Notes: generated by a model not told the origin, from the letters alone. A stretch of 64,000 nt of DNA from Clostridia bacterium (GCA_022796855.1 JAAWJM010000001.1:114585-178584), one strand, 5' to 3'. Shown: positions 48,109 through 58,387, counted from the first letter of the stretch. Numbers and translations: made by a program.

Positions 48109-50319
48109 ATGAGAATAGGGGATATAATTTCGTTATTTAAGGAATATGCTGTTTTGGGATTGATGGCAATTGTATTATGTGGAGTGTTGTTTTTTGTAGG
48201 GTACAAAGTGGTGTACCAAAAGATGATGAAAGGGACAAAGACGATTTCAAAAAGGAAAATGGTGTTATATGGAATTACAGTTTTGTATGTAGTGGTTGTG
48301 TTGGGAGCTGTATTTTTAAACCGTGGAAACTTATATGGAAGTGTGAATTTTGATTTGTTTAGTTCGTATAAAGAAGCATATCATAAAATGGAAATATCGC
48401 TATTTCGAAATATTGTTTTAAACATGTTGTTATTTGTGCCTTTTGGGTTTTTGTTACCATTTTATAGTGAGAAGTTTCAAAAAGTATATAGAGTTGTTTT
48501 GATAGGTTTATTAAGTAGTGTATTGATTGAAACCTTGCAATATGTGACAAAAATAGGAATTTTTGAAATAGATGATATTTTCAATAATACCATAGGGATA
48601 TTAATTGGAGTTTGTGTTTGGAAAATAGGATATTGCGTGTATAAAAAAGAAAAATATCAATTTATTTTAGGGTATATATTACCTATGGTAATTGTAATAT
48701 TAGGATTTTTTGGCATGTACATAGTCTATCAAAACCAAGAATTAGGAAACTTACCCTTTGAATATAATGCAAAAGTAAATATGAAATCGGTTCAACTTGA
48801 AAATAAAGGAAAGCTATCGAAAACAAGACAATTAAAGGATATTTACTATATTACCTCATTAACAGAGGAGCAAACAAGAAAAAAAGCAGATATGTTGTTT
48901 TCAAAATTAGGTACCAAAACTGAGGAAAAAGATATTTACGAAAATACCGCAATTTATTATTCACAAGACCGCAAGTATAGCATTTGGATTGAATTTCAAG
49001 ACGGAAGTTATTCTTATACCGATTATTCCCATTTTGGAAAAGAAAACCTAAAAAAGAAATCAAAGGCGAGTAAAGAAGAAGTGCAACAGGCATTGGAAAA
49101 ATTAGGAGTGGTTATTCCAAACGATGCTATTTTTAAAGAAGAGGAAAATGGATACCGTTTTTTGGTTCCTATGCAAATACAAGAAAATACCATACAAAAT
49201 GGGGATATTACCTGTTCATATTATGAGGATGGTAGTATTCAAAAAATGAACAATAATTGTATTACATATGACAAGGTAAAAGAAAAACAAATTATAAGTG
49301 AGCAAGAAGCTTATGAAGAAATTGTAAAGGGAAGATTTCAATATGATGAGCATTTCATGGGAAAACTTGAAACAATGGTAGTAGAAGATGTGAAATTAAG
49401 CTATGAATTAGATACCAAAGGATATTATGTACCAATATATGTATTTCAAGTAAATATCAATGGACAACCCCAAAACATCGAAATAAAAGCAGTTGCTAAA
49501 GAACCAAAGGAAGTTGACCTTATAGCAGGAGAGACAATGGGAGAAATAGAAATTATAGCATATCAAGGGACTTTTTATGCAAAAGGAGTTGTGGTAAGAC
49601 CAGAGGAGGAAAAAGTAACGATAATGCCGACTGTTTCAAACGAGGAGTATCGATATGAAGAAAATTTCTATTATGAAAATATGCAAGTTACAAATTTGAA
49701 ACAAGGACAAGAAGTAAGAATAAGATTTCATTACCGAAATGTAGGGGGCGATTATTTACATGAGCCTGTTATTGAGAAAGTAGAAATTATAAATGAACAG
49801 ACTGAAATACAAATACCAAGAGATATCTTAGTTAAAGCCTATAGTTCAGAAGATAAGGTATCGGTTGCCATTTGGCAAGAAAAAAGCAATACCGAAAAAT
49901 TAGAAGCGACTATAACCGATAACAATGAGTTAAAATACGATTATTCCCTTATGGAATATCACATATATCGTTATAATCCGACACCAACCAAAACAGAAAT
50001 TACTTACACCGAAGAGGGTGCAAGTGTTGCAGGATATGACCCATGGCCAGAAGTTGAAAGAATAGGCAATGCGTCTACACAAAATCAATATACGATATCT
50101 CAAAATGGTGAGTTACCAATTACATTAAATTGGAAAGAAGTTTACGGGAAGCTAAAAGAAGGAAAATACAAACTAACGCTTGCTACCGTAAGTGCGAAAA
50201 GACAGAGCATTCTAAATCCAAACCTTAGCGATTATCCATGTGATGGGATTGTGATTGATATAGAATTTACAATTGACGAGAATGACAAAATAACATATGG
50301 GGAAATAAAAGTAAGGTAA
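48109..50319 (+). CDS. VanZ-like membrane domain fused to a large extracellular region
   Basis: VanZ core (LNMLLFVPFGFLLPF...ETLQYV...GIFEIDDIFNNTIG), then about 520 aa of unknown domain. Confidence 0.7.
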   Translation: MRIGDIISLFKEYAVLGLMAIVLCGVLFFVGYKVVYQKMMKGTKTISKRKMVLYGITVLYVVVVLGAVFLNRGNLYGSVNFDLFSSYKEAYHKMEISLFRNIVLNMLLFVPFGFLLPFYSEKFQKVYRVVLIGLLSSVLIETLQYVTKIGIFEIDDIFNNTIGILIGVCVWKIGYCVYKKEKYQFILGYILPMVIVILGFFGMYIVYQNQELGNLPFEYNAKVNMKSVQLENKGKLSKTRQLKDIYYITSLTEEQTRKKADMLFSKLGTKTEEKDIYENTAIYYSQDRKYSIWIEFQDGSYSYTDYSHFGKENLKKKSKASKEEVQQALEKLGVVIPNDAIFKEEENGYRFLVPMQIQENTIQNGDITCSYYEDGSIQKMNNNCITYDKVKEKQIISEQEAYEEIVKGRFQYDEHFMGKLETMVVEDVKLSYELDTKGYYVPIYVFQVNINGQPQNIEIKAVAKEPKEVDLIAGETMGEIEIIAYQGTFYAKGVVVRPEEEKVTIMPTVSNEEYRYEENFYYENMQVTNLKQGQEVRIRFHYRNVGGDYLHEPVIEKVEIINEQTEIQIPRDILVKAYSSEDKVSVAIWQEKSNTEKLEATITDNNELKYDYSLMEYHIYRYNPTPTKTEITYTEEGASVAGYDPWPEVERIGNASTQNQYTISQNGELPITLNWKEVYGKLKEGKYKLTLATVSAKRQSILNPNLSDYPCDGIVIDIEFTIDENDKITYGEIKVR

Positions 50320-50396
50320 AAACCACATTCGCTATTTGTGGGGTGTTAATTTATAGACAAATTTGTTACTTTATAAAAAAGAAAGGAGCAAATAGT

Positions 50397-51545
50397 ATGG
50401 ATGTAATTAAAATTGGAAAATTTATCGCGGTAAAACGTAAGGAGAGAAAATTAACGCAAGAACAATTAGGGGAAAAATTGGGAGTAACTTACAAAACAAT
50501 TTCAAGGTGGGAAAATGGAAATTATATGCCAGATATTTCTTTGTTACAGCCGTTAAGTGAGGAATTGGGGGTTACGCTAAATGATTTACTCAGTGGCGAA
50601 ATGGTTGCAAAAGAAGAGTATCAAGAGAAGTTAGAAGAAAATATGGCAAATACGATTGATTTTACCACTAAAAAAGTAAACAAAAAAAATAAGACTATTG
50701 CACAAATGATAATTTCCTTTGGAATTGGACTAATTTTTATGGCATTTACGATAGTTCCAGAACAAAGCAGTTGGGGAAGTATCTATGCGGTAATTGGAAT
50801 TTTAATTTCCTGTGTAGGAATTTTCAAAATCGTCAAAGAAGTATCATACCAAAAAAGAATTGCCATTACTTTTGGCTATGTTGTTTTGGCTTTTGTTCTA
50901 TTACTTGGAATTGATTATGCAAATGTACAGATAAACCAAGTACCACCAAGATTTTCGTATTTGATTGAAACAGGGGACAAAATGATGATTTATCATTCAC
51001 CATTTTGCAATGTGTATCGTATCAATCGAAATACCAAAAATGAGTATTATATTGTTGATACGAAAAAACAATATACGAGCGATACAGTTCCGATAACGCC
51101 ATTTAACCGAGAGAAATCTGGAATTGACAATATTCTTCAATATAAAAATAAGTATATTGGGAATAACAGTAATGCTAGCAATCTAGTCGGAAAGCTACCG
51201 CTTTCGGAATATGGGTATGTGATTGAAATTGATTCCGAAAAGTTAGGCTTAAACATTCACTATCATGTAACTGATTGGTATATTAACGAAAACCACTATT
51301 TAGAAAAAAGCCTATTATATAATACTGTATCAATTTTTTCGCTAATTGATAATGTACAAAAAATTACCTTCAATTTCAGTGGCAAATCATACCAAGTAAC
51401 CAGAAAACAAATAGAAGAACACTACCCAAACTATAAGGAAATAGTAGGAAATGGGATTGATAAAGAAAAGTTTAATCAATACGTAGAAAACAAAATGAAT
51501 GATGAGGAATTTGTGCAAAAGACATTCCGAGAGATATTTGCATAG
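50397..51545 (+). CDS. XRE-type HTH membrane protein with DUF4825-like C-terminal domain
   Basis: IGKFIAVKRKERKLTQEQLGEKLGVTYKTISRWENG. TM helices. YIGNNSNASNLVGKLPL motif. Confidence 0.7.
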   Translation: MDVIKIGKFIAVKRKERKLTQEQLGEKLGVTYKTISRWENGNYMPDISLLQPLSEELGVTLNDLLSGEMVAKEEYQEKLEENMANTIDFTTKKVNKKNKTIAQMIISFGIGLIFMAFTIVPEQSSWGSIYAVIGILISCVGIFKIVKEVSYQKRIAITFGYVVLAFVLLLGIDYANVQINQVPPRFSYLIETGDKMMIYHSPFCNVYRINRNTKNEYYIVDTKKQYTSDTVPITPFNREKSGIDNILQYKNKYIGNNSNASNLVGKLPLSEYGYVIEIDSEKLGLNIHYHVTDWYINENHYLEKSLLYNTVSIFSLIDNVQKITFNFSGKSYQVTRKQIEEHYPNYKEIVGNGIDKEKFNQYVENKMNDEEFVQKTFREIFA

Positions 51546-51906
51546 GGCAAGAAATTGTTGGTAAATTTTGATTTTATGTAAAATCTTACATCGCCTATTA
51601 GCGAAGAGAACACAATAATACCCTCAGATTTACTTTTAAAAGAGATTTGTAAATCATTAAATGATTCACGATATAATCTGTGGGAGACTTCTTGTGATGT
51701 GTGTTTCGAAATGCTCGAAGCATATAGCAAAGATATTGACAAGATTTCTTTAGAAGATTTAATTGAGGCAATGCAGTAGGCAGCATTTACAAGGGCGGGT
51801 AGGAATTCTTACCTGCTCCTTATTTATAAGGTTTTGCATGGAAGAAGAAAAGTGTCTTGACTATAATTTATAATTTGCTAAAATAGGTATGAGGAGGAGA
51901 GGGAAA

Positions 51907-52791
51907 ATGAGGTTAAGAACACATAAAAATTTAAAAGAAATTAGGAATGATGATGGGTTTGAGAATAAGAAATTTAAGTATTATAAGGGGTTATGCGAGC
52001 ATATTACTTCGGATAAGAAATTAAATGAACGTTATGAGAGGGAATTGATTGATTATTTAGAAAAAGATAGTGGATTAGAGTTATATGACTTAGTGGAAAG
52101 TATTGAGAGGGACAACCCTTATGAGAATGGTTTTGTGATAAGGGAAGATTTTAGAAAAAAAGATAGAGAAACATTAGAGAAACAGGAATTGGTAAAAAAT
52201 AAGTTTTGTGAGAAGTCTAGTCAAAGTAAAGTGAATGATTTAGAACCGATGATACAAAGAAATATTATTTTATCTGGACAATATAATGATATTTTAGGTA
52301 TGCCAATTTATTATGAGTTTCCTTGTAATAAAGGAGATAAAAGACCAATTGATTTAATTACGTATGATAAAAATAGTAATACGGTATATTTAGTGGAATT
52401 AAAAAAGTGTTCAGCAAGTGAGCGTGAAAAAATAGAAAATAATGATGAAAAAGAAAGTGAAGAGTTGTTTCTAAGAGCAGCTTTTGAAATAAGCACATAT
52501 TATAGCTTTTTTACACATTTAATTCAAAATTCCAAAGAAGATTGTGCAAGAGTAGAAGAAGCTTTTTACTATGTTAGTGGACAAAAAATCGATTTACATT
52601 CTAGTAAAATAAAAATAAAAAAAGCCATATTAGCACCAAAGCGATTATTTGAAGATGTATATACGGATAAATTGAAAAAATTAATGAAGGAGTACGAGTG
52701 TTTTTGGATTGAGAGAAAGAGCAATATTGAAACCTTAAAAGACTATACAATTAATACAAAAGAACAACTTTTTAATATTAAAAGAATATAA
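51907..52791 (+). CDS. hypothetical protein with PD-(D/E)xK-like motif
   Basis: PIDLITYDKNSNTVYLVELKK fits D-x(n)-E-x-K. Start may be 51889. Confidence 0.5.
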   Translation: MRLRTHKNLKEIRNDDGFENKKFKYYKGLCEHITSDKKLNERYERELIDYLEKDSGLELYDLVESIERDNPYENGFVIREDFRKKDRETLEKQELVKNKFCEKSSQSKVNDLEPMIQRNIILSGQYNDILGMPIYYEFPCNKGDKRPIDLITYDKNSNTVYLVELKKCSASEREKIENNDEKESEELFLRAAFEISTYYSFFTHLIQNSKEDCARVEEAFYYVSGQKIDLHSSKIKIKKAILAPKRLFEDVYTDKLKKLMKEYECFWIERKSNIETLKDYTINTKEQLFNIKRI

Positions 52792-52843
52792 GAACCTAAC
52801 CTACCACAACATTGTAATATTTACAATACTAAAAACTAATTTT

Positions 52844-52920
52844 ATTGCAAAAGCCTTACAAAGCCTTGCAAAAAAGCCCCTTTAACAAGGGGGCTGTCCA
52901 CGAAGTGGACTGGGGGTTCT
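52844..52920. repeat. third copy of the MITE-like arm (same family as 6679-6892)
   Basis: TTGCAAAAAAGCCCCTTTAACAAGGGGGCTG-TCCACGAAGTGGA-CTGGGGGTTCT, with a different but still self-complementary internal hairpin. Confidence 0.7.
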
Positions 52921-53129
52921 AATAACGAAAAAATAAGCCTAAGTGTTTCTACATTTAGGATTATTTTTGTGACAAGGAAAAACAGACTATAGAAACTGGA
53001 ATAAAATGTAAAAAATCAAAACTATACTCCTACAGCTACAATGGATTTCTCGGTTTTTGCTTTCTGATAACATTTTCAAAATCAATATGTTATAATAAAT
53101 AAAAAGAAAATTTAAAGGAGGAAAATAAT

Positions 53130-54215
53130 ATGTTTGATGAAGTAAAAAGACAAGCACTAAGTAGAGCACATTTGCTATATGGAGCAAATCCACTACCCAA
53201 GGAAATACAAGAAAGGTTAGACTTAGAATTGGGTTCTATTAAATCCAATGGATGGGATAGCGTTTATGTAATTGCTAGAAAATTAGCAGACAAATCGAGG
53301 AAATATGGCTATATGACAGGATTTAGAGGTTGTATTGGTAGCTCATTGGTTGCCTTTTTGATGGAAATAACGCAGTGTAATCCCTTACCACAAAAGTATT
53401 ATGGTTTTAATATACCATTTGAAACATTTGCAGGTGTGGATTTTAACAAAGAATTAGATATTACTCTCAATGTAGCATACGACATTCATAAGGAGATTTG
53501 TGAATACTTAGATGAATTGTTAAAAGAAGAGGGAATTGATAAAAATGGTGGCGATATAGACCAAAGTAATGGCATTTATAATTTTAAAAGAACCATAGTA
53601 TCAAAAGAAGGAAAGAAGTTAGCCACTATCAATATTGTATCCCATAAGTTGCTTATGCCATTAAAGGAACTATGCCAGTTAACGAAGCATTTTCCACGAT
53701 TGATACGACCAGACGAAGATGTTAGGGAAATAGTCGACTTACTGATAAAAGAAGAATTTTATATTCATATAAATTTAGAAAGAGTATTAGATATTATATC
53801 AAAGATAGAAATAGACACTTTCGAAAAATTGGTTATTTTACAAGGACTGCTATATGCAGCTGTCACGGATAATTGCATAGGAGATATACTTCTAGCAAGA
53901 ACATCAGACCTATCACAAATCATTTCTCATAGAGATGATATCATGATATTTTTAATGCAAAAAGGAATTGATAGAGTGACAGCTTATCATATTATGGAAA
54001 GTGTAAGAAAAGGAAAAGGAACTACCGAAGAAATGGATGATATTATGCGAGAGAAGAATGTTCCAGATTGGTATATAAAGATATGTAATCATATAGATTA
54101 TTTATTTCCCAAGGCACACAATGTTGGGTATGCCATATTGGAATATCAGTTAGCATGGTATGGCATTCATTATCCAGAAGAATATGCAAAAGTAATGGAA
54201 AAGTGGCGAGTATGA
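53130..54215 (+). CDS. PolC-derived protein (compacted palm/fingers remnant, catalytic DxD lost)
   Basis: Own AAAGGAGG RBS. GFRGCIGSSLVAFLMEITQCNPLP, NIPFETFAG, LDITLNV (PolC has DIDLNF), HRDDIMIFL, IMESVRKGKG, VPDWYI, YLFPKAH. Confidence 0.7.
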   Translation: MFDEVKRQALSRAHLLYGANPLPKEIQERLDLELGSIKSNGWDSVYVIARKLADKSRKYGYMTGFRGCIGSSLVAFLMEITQCNPLPQKYYGFNIPFETFAGVDFNKELDITLNVAYDIHKEICEYLDELLKEEGIDKNGGDIDQSNGIYNFKRTIVSKEGKKLATINIVSHKLLMPLKELCQLTKHFPRLIRPDEDVREIVDLLIKEEFYIHINLERVLDIISKIEIDTFEKLVILQGLLYAAVTDNCIGDILLARTSDLSQIISHRDDIMIFLMQKGIDRVTAYHIMESVRKGKGTTEEMDDIMREKNVPDWYIKICNHIDYLFPKAHNVGYAILEYQLAWYGIHYPEEYAKVMEKWRV

Positions 54216-54230
54216 TAGAGGAGGTATTAG

Positions 54231-54563
54231 ATGAGCGATTTTGAAAAAGAAGTAGAATATCTTCTTCATTTGATAAAAAATAATATAAACATAGTAACCA
54301 CGAATAAACCAGAGGGAATATCAACCGAGGAATTAGTATTTTTTAATTGGAATATGAGCAAAAATGGACAAGAAATAGTAGTATACAATCAAGAAAAGGA
54401 TGTAGTCTATGATATAGTAACAAAGAAAATAGAAACATCCGAATTTCAAAAGATAAATAAAGAGGAGATATTAAACATAATTAAGTTAATGAGTTTATAT
54501 GGGAATAAAGAAATAAGTTTTAACAACATGATAAAACGATACAAGGAGGAAATGGGGATATGA
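54231..54563 (+). CDS. hypothetical protein
   Basis: GGAGG RBS. ATGA overlap with the next gene. Confidence 0.55.
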   Translation: MSDFEKEVEYLLHLIKNNINIVTTNKPEGISTEELVFFNWNMSKNGQEIVVYNQEKDVVYDIVTKKIETSEFQKINKEEILNIIKLMSLYGNKEISFNNMIKRYKEEMGI

Positions 54564-55010
54564 ATATTACCGATTATGACAAAATCCAATTAGAATTTGA
54601 AGAATTTGGTATTATGCTTCCGAAGAGTATTATTGAAAAATTTGAAGTAAATAAGGTAGAGCAATTGATAGAAGCAAAATATAACCCAGAAGATGAATAT
54701 GAAGAATATCTTGTAATTAATCGAATATTAGCAGAAAAATTTTGGGAAAAAGAAAGTTTGAACAAATTCAAACGGAATATTAAGGGAAGGTTCATGGGGA
54801 CATCTATTTTTACTAGATGAAAATGAAAATCCATGTTGTAGTTTTACAGAATGCATTAGTCAAAATAACATATACAGTATTAATATTTATAAGGAAGATA
54901 AGCTAATAGAGAAATATTCTACCGTATGGAGTAATACTCAATTTGAAAATGAATACCAAAAAATTGGAATCACAAAGGAGAAAATTATCATTCGTATAAA
55001 GGAATTATAG
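54560..55010 (+). CDS. hypothetical (possibly SUKH/SMI1-like) protein, +1 change at in-frame CGG 54773
   Basis: ...ESLNKFK-G-ILREGSWGHLFLLDENENPCCSFTEC...IIIRIKEL. The zero frame stops 15 codons after the CGG; the +1 frame runs 78 codons to 55010. Confidence 0.6.
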
Positions 55011-55108
55011 AAAAAGAGTAATTTAAAAATCACATATACCTTCGAGCCAAAAGAAGTTTCGATTGAAAATATAACTATAAAGCGAAGTAAGAAAGGAAGA
55101 GATTTTAG

Positions 55109-56293
55109 ATGCTAGAAATTAAAACCTATGGTGGAGATAAAATTGGTGGATGTGTAACGGAAATTAGCAGTAAAACAGCTAAGATTATATTCGATTATGG
55201 AACCAATTTAGATGGAACAAAACAAATAGAAATAGAAGGATTAACCAAAGGAGATTCCAAAGTGAATGCAGTATTTATATCACATTATCATTTAGACCAT
55301 ATTGGAGAGGTAAGCAATATATTAGAAGAAATACCAATTTATATTGAAGAAACCACCAAAAAACTATATGATATTATTTGTGATTTTAGCGGTAAGCCAA
55401 GAATAGAAGCAAAAACATTTCGATTTGGACAAGTGCTAGAAGGAAAAGAATTTGGAGATGTTAAAATAACACCATATCGAGTAGACCACTCTGCTTACAA
55501 TTCTACAATGTTTGTCATAACCGATGAAGAAGAAACTGCACTTTATACCGGTGATTTTAGAGATAATGGGTATACAGGTGGTGCCCTTATTCCAACATTA
55601 AAGAAAATTGGAAAGGTTGATTATTTGATTACCGAAGGAACGAATATTGGTAGTAAATCTCATATTCTTGAAAAAGAGGAAAGTTTAGTAGAAGAATTTG
55701 CTAATATTGCTAGAGAATATAAGCAAGTATTTGTATTAATGTCCTCTTCTAATATTGATAGAATTACTACAATGTTAAAAGCCTGCAATCAAACAAAACA
55801 TATCCTAATACAAGACATTTACATGGCACATTTAACAAGTTTCATACAAAAAGAAGATAAGAAAAATATACCAAATCCAGTTACCTTCGATAATGTGATG
55901 GTATATAAGCCACGATATATGAAAAGGAAAAAGGACGAATTTCGAAAGCAATATCTACAAAGTTTTCAAGGCAAAAATAAAAGCTCCATGCTATATAAGC
56001 CATTTATGATGAACATTCGAACCAGTATGTTAGAAGATTTAGAAATGTTTGAATTTAAAGGAGATATTCTTACCAATGCGTGCTTGGTATATTCTATGTG
56101 GGGAGGTTATAAAGAAAAAGAAGAAATACAAAACTTCCTAAAAAGAGTTCAAGAATTAGGAATAACCGTAATCCAGAAAGACATTCACACATCTGGACAT
56201 GCTAGTGAAGAATTAATAGATGAGGTAAAAAAAATAACAAGTCCCAAAAAAGTTTTTACCATACATACGAAAGAAACAGAAGAGAGTGTTTAA
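55109..56293 (+). CDS. MBL-fold beta-CASP-type hydrolase (RNase J-related, short form)
   Basis: SHYHLDHIG motif 2. C-terminal IHTSGHASEEL...VFTIHT, as in beta-CASP motif C. Confidence 0.75.
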   Translation: MLEIKTYGGDKIGGCVTEISSKTAKIIFDYGTNLDGTKQIEIEGLTKGDSKVNAVFISHYHLDHIGEVSNILEEIPIYIEETTKKLYDIICDFSGKPRIEAKTFRFGQVLEGKEFGDVKITPYRVDHSAYNSTMFVITDEEETALYTGDFRDNGYTGGALIPTLKKIGKVDYLITEGTNIGSKSHILEKEESLVEEFANIAREYKQVFVLMSSSNIDRITTMLKACNQTKHILIQDIYMAHLTSFIQKEDKKNIPNPVTFDNVMVYKPRYMKRKKDEFRKQYLQSFQGKNKSSMLYKPFMMNIRTSMLEDLEMFEFKGDILTNACLVYSMWGGYKEKEEIQNFLKRVQELGITVIQKDIHTSGHASEELIDEVKKITSPKKVFTIHTKETEESV

Positions 56294-56303
56294 AAATTGA
56301 AAA

Positions 56304-57509
56304 ATGATAAAATTTGAGAAGAAGGATAATAAAATGAAATTATATTTGGTAAAGGTTGAAATGTATGACTATACAGAAGAGGGAATTGTATTTTTTGACC
56401 CAGAGTCAAAATGTAATATATATCGTGATTTTGAACAAGCAAGACAAGCAGGAATACAGGACTTATCTACAAGAATAAAAGACATGGAAAAAGGTACTAA
56501 TTGCTCCTTTTTGGAGATGTTAAAAGAAGAGAAAGTAGATTATAGTTTTCATATTATTCAAATTGATGATTTATCGTATGCAGAAGAATTTGATGTGAAG
56601 TATGATGACTTTCATAGTGAAAGGTATCATTATTTAGAGCCTACTCATAAAGTGTACGAGTTAGATGAAACGGGAAAGGTTATTAGAATAAACTATGAAT
56701 ACCGATATAAAAATGCATTTTGGGAAGCCCAAGAGACCATCCAATTATATCCAGAAGATTTGGAAGAGGGGGCAAGTGAAAAATTTAAAATTGGTGATAT
56801 TGTAAAATTAAAACATGAAATAGATTATGGGTATATAGATGATAATGTAGATAGAATTTATGTGGTTAGGTGGTTACCAAGAAAATTTAATGGGGAAAAA
56901 TATTTTGAAAATACGTATGCATTAGTATCTCTTTATGAAATGAAAAATGAATGGGGAAATAAGGAGTTATTTACATATGAATATTTTGGGCATGATATTG
57001 AAAAATACACAGGAGTGATTGAAAAAGACTCCGAATATAACTTACTAAGTAAAATTGTAAAAGGAGATATTTGTGTAAGTTATGAATATTGGACCAAGAT
57101 TAAAATAGGAATGTTACCATTAACAAAAGAAACTCTTCGAAAAGAAAATGGAGAAGAGGGGGATGATTGGGGTTTTTACTCTACCGAAATTGGACCGAAA
57201 CGCACAGGGTTAAACGTAAGTGTATTTCCAAAGAAAAATATATTTGGAGAAAATATAAAAGAATGCTTACCTAAAATCCGTATTCAGAATGAACGAAATA
57301 ATTATGAAGATACATTTAGTATAACATTAGAAGAAGAACCAAAAGTTGTGATTGGGGAAAATAAATTATCCAAAGAAGATTACCAAAAGGTTTGTGAGTT
57401 TGTAAGAAAAAATTTAGAAATCTTAAAAAAACATTTTGACCCCAATAATGAATTTGATGATGATGAATTATGGGAAGCACTGAAAGAAAATGGGTCAATT
57501 CAAATTTAA
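56304..57509 (+). CDS. hypothetical protein
   Basis: 401-codon ORF in the same operon-like array. No family recognised. Confidence 0.55.
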   Translation: MIKFEKKDNKMKLYLVKVEMYDYTEEGIVFFDPESKCNIYRDFEQARQAGIQDLSTRIKDMEKGTNCSFLEMLKEEKVDYSFHIIQIDDLSYAEEFDVKYDDFHSERYHYLEPTHKVYELDETGKVIRINYEYRYKNAFWEAQETIQLYPEDLEEGASEKFKIGDIVKLKHEIDYGYIDDNVDRIYVVRWLPRKFNGEKYFENTYALVSLYEMKNEWGNKELFTYEYFGHDIEKYTGVIEKDSEYNLLSKIVKGDICVSYEYWTKIKIGMLPLTKETLRKENGEEGDDWGFYSTEIGPKRTGLNVSVFPKKNIFGENIKECLPKIRIQNERNNYEDTFSITLEEEPKVVIGENKLSKEDYQKVCEFVRKNLEILKKHFDPNNEFDDDELWEALKENGSIQI

Positions 57510-57521
57510 GGAGGAAATGCA

Positions 57522-57638
57522 ATGGGATATTATGTTATAAAAAAACTAGCACCAAAGATATTCGAAAAAGCAAAGAAAAAAGCAGAAGAAAATGAAATGA
57601 AGAAACAAGAAAAAAAGAAAGAAGATAAAAAGAAATAG
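57522..57638 (+). CDS. 38-aa Lys-rich micro-protein
   Basis: AAGGAGG RBS 7 nt upstream. Tightly packed between neighbouring genes. Confidence 0.4.
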   Translation: MGYYVIKKLAPKIFEKAKKKAEENEMKKQEKKKEDKKK

Positions 57639-57643
57639 GAGGA

Positions 57644-57967
57644 ATGGCGATGGCTACAACGAATGAGTATATTGAATACGTATGTGAACAAATAAAAGGA
57701 ATTGGAGAAATACGTTATAAAAAAATGTTTGGAGAGTTTATGGTATATGTAAATGATAAACCAGTTATCATTGTTTGTGATAATGTACCTTTTGTAAAAA
57801 AGTTAGATTGTATTGAAGAAATGATGAAACAAGCTGAAGTAGGGTGTCCATATAAGGGGGCAAAAGAGCACTATGTATTAGATATTGATAATCCAGAGTT
57901 TTGTAAAATGGTAATATTGGAAGTAGAAAAAGTAACACCAGTACCAAAGCCTAGGAAAAAGAAATAG
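57644..57967 (+). CDS. TfoX N-terminal domain protein
   Basis: YKKMFGEFMVYVNDKPVIIVCDN pattern. Confidence 0.7.
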   Translation: MAMATTNEYIEYVCEQIKGIGEIRYKKMFGEFMVYVNDKPVIIVCDNVPFVKKLDCIEEMMKQAEVGCPYKGAKEHYVLDIDNPEFCKMVILEVEKVTPVPKPRKKK

Positions 57968-58111
57968 ATTTTATATATTTTCTTTTAAACATAAAGAGAA
58001 AAAGGTTAAGAAATAATTGTGAAAAGTATAGATTTTTATAGAAGCATGGGGTATAATAAAAAGAAATAAATTAAAAAAGTTATACTTAAACAATAGGAGA
58101 GTGATAATAGA

Positions 58112-58387
58112 ATGACTTATGAATTTGCTAAATATCCTGATGGAACATTAGGAGTATTTTCAAGTATTGGAAAAAAAGAAAATGGTGAAGAGTATATCCG
58201 CATTACTTTTGAAAGACCGATGGAATATGGGTTTGATACGTATGTTATTGAACTTCCAAGTTATGAAGTTGTGTTAGAAGACGGAAATTATTCTAATGAA
58301 GAAAAAGAAACATTTCTTAAAATTGTTAAAAATGGTGCATCTTTCTTTTTTAAATATGCACGTTTAGGAGGATTAGAAATTGCCTAA
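58112..58387 (+). CDS. hypothetical protein
   Basis: GGAGAG RBS. Overlaps the DUF4160 gene start. Confidence 0.5.
   Translation: MTYEFAKYPDGTLGVFSSIGKKENGEEYIRITFERPMEYGFDTYVIELPSYEVVLEDGNYSNEEKETFLKIVKNGASFFFKYARLGGLEIA

Noticed and set aside
53130-54215. Simple 3' fragment of a disrupted replicative polC
   Set aside because: It has its own RBS and start, shows in-frame internal compaction rather than truncation, and no neighbouring polC pieces flank it.
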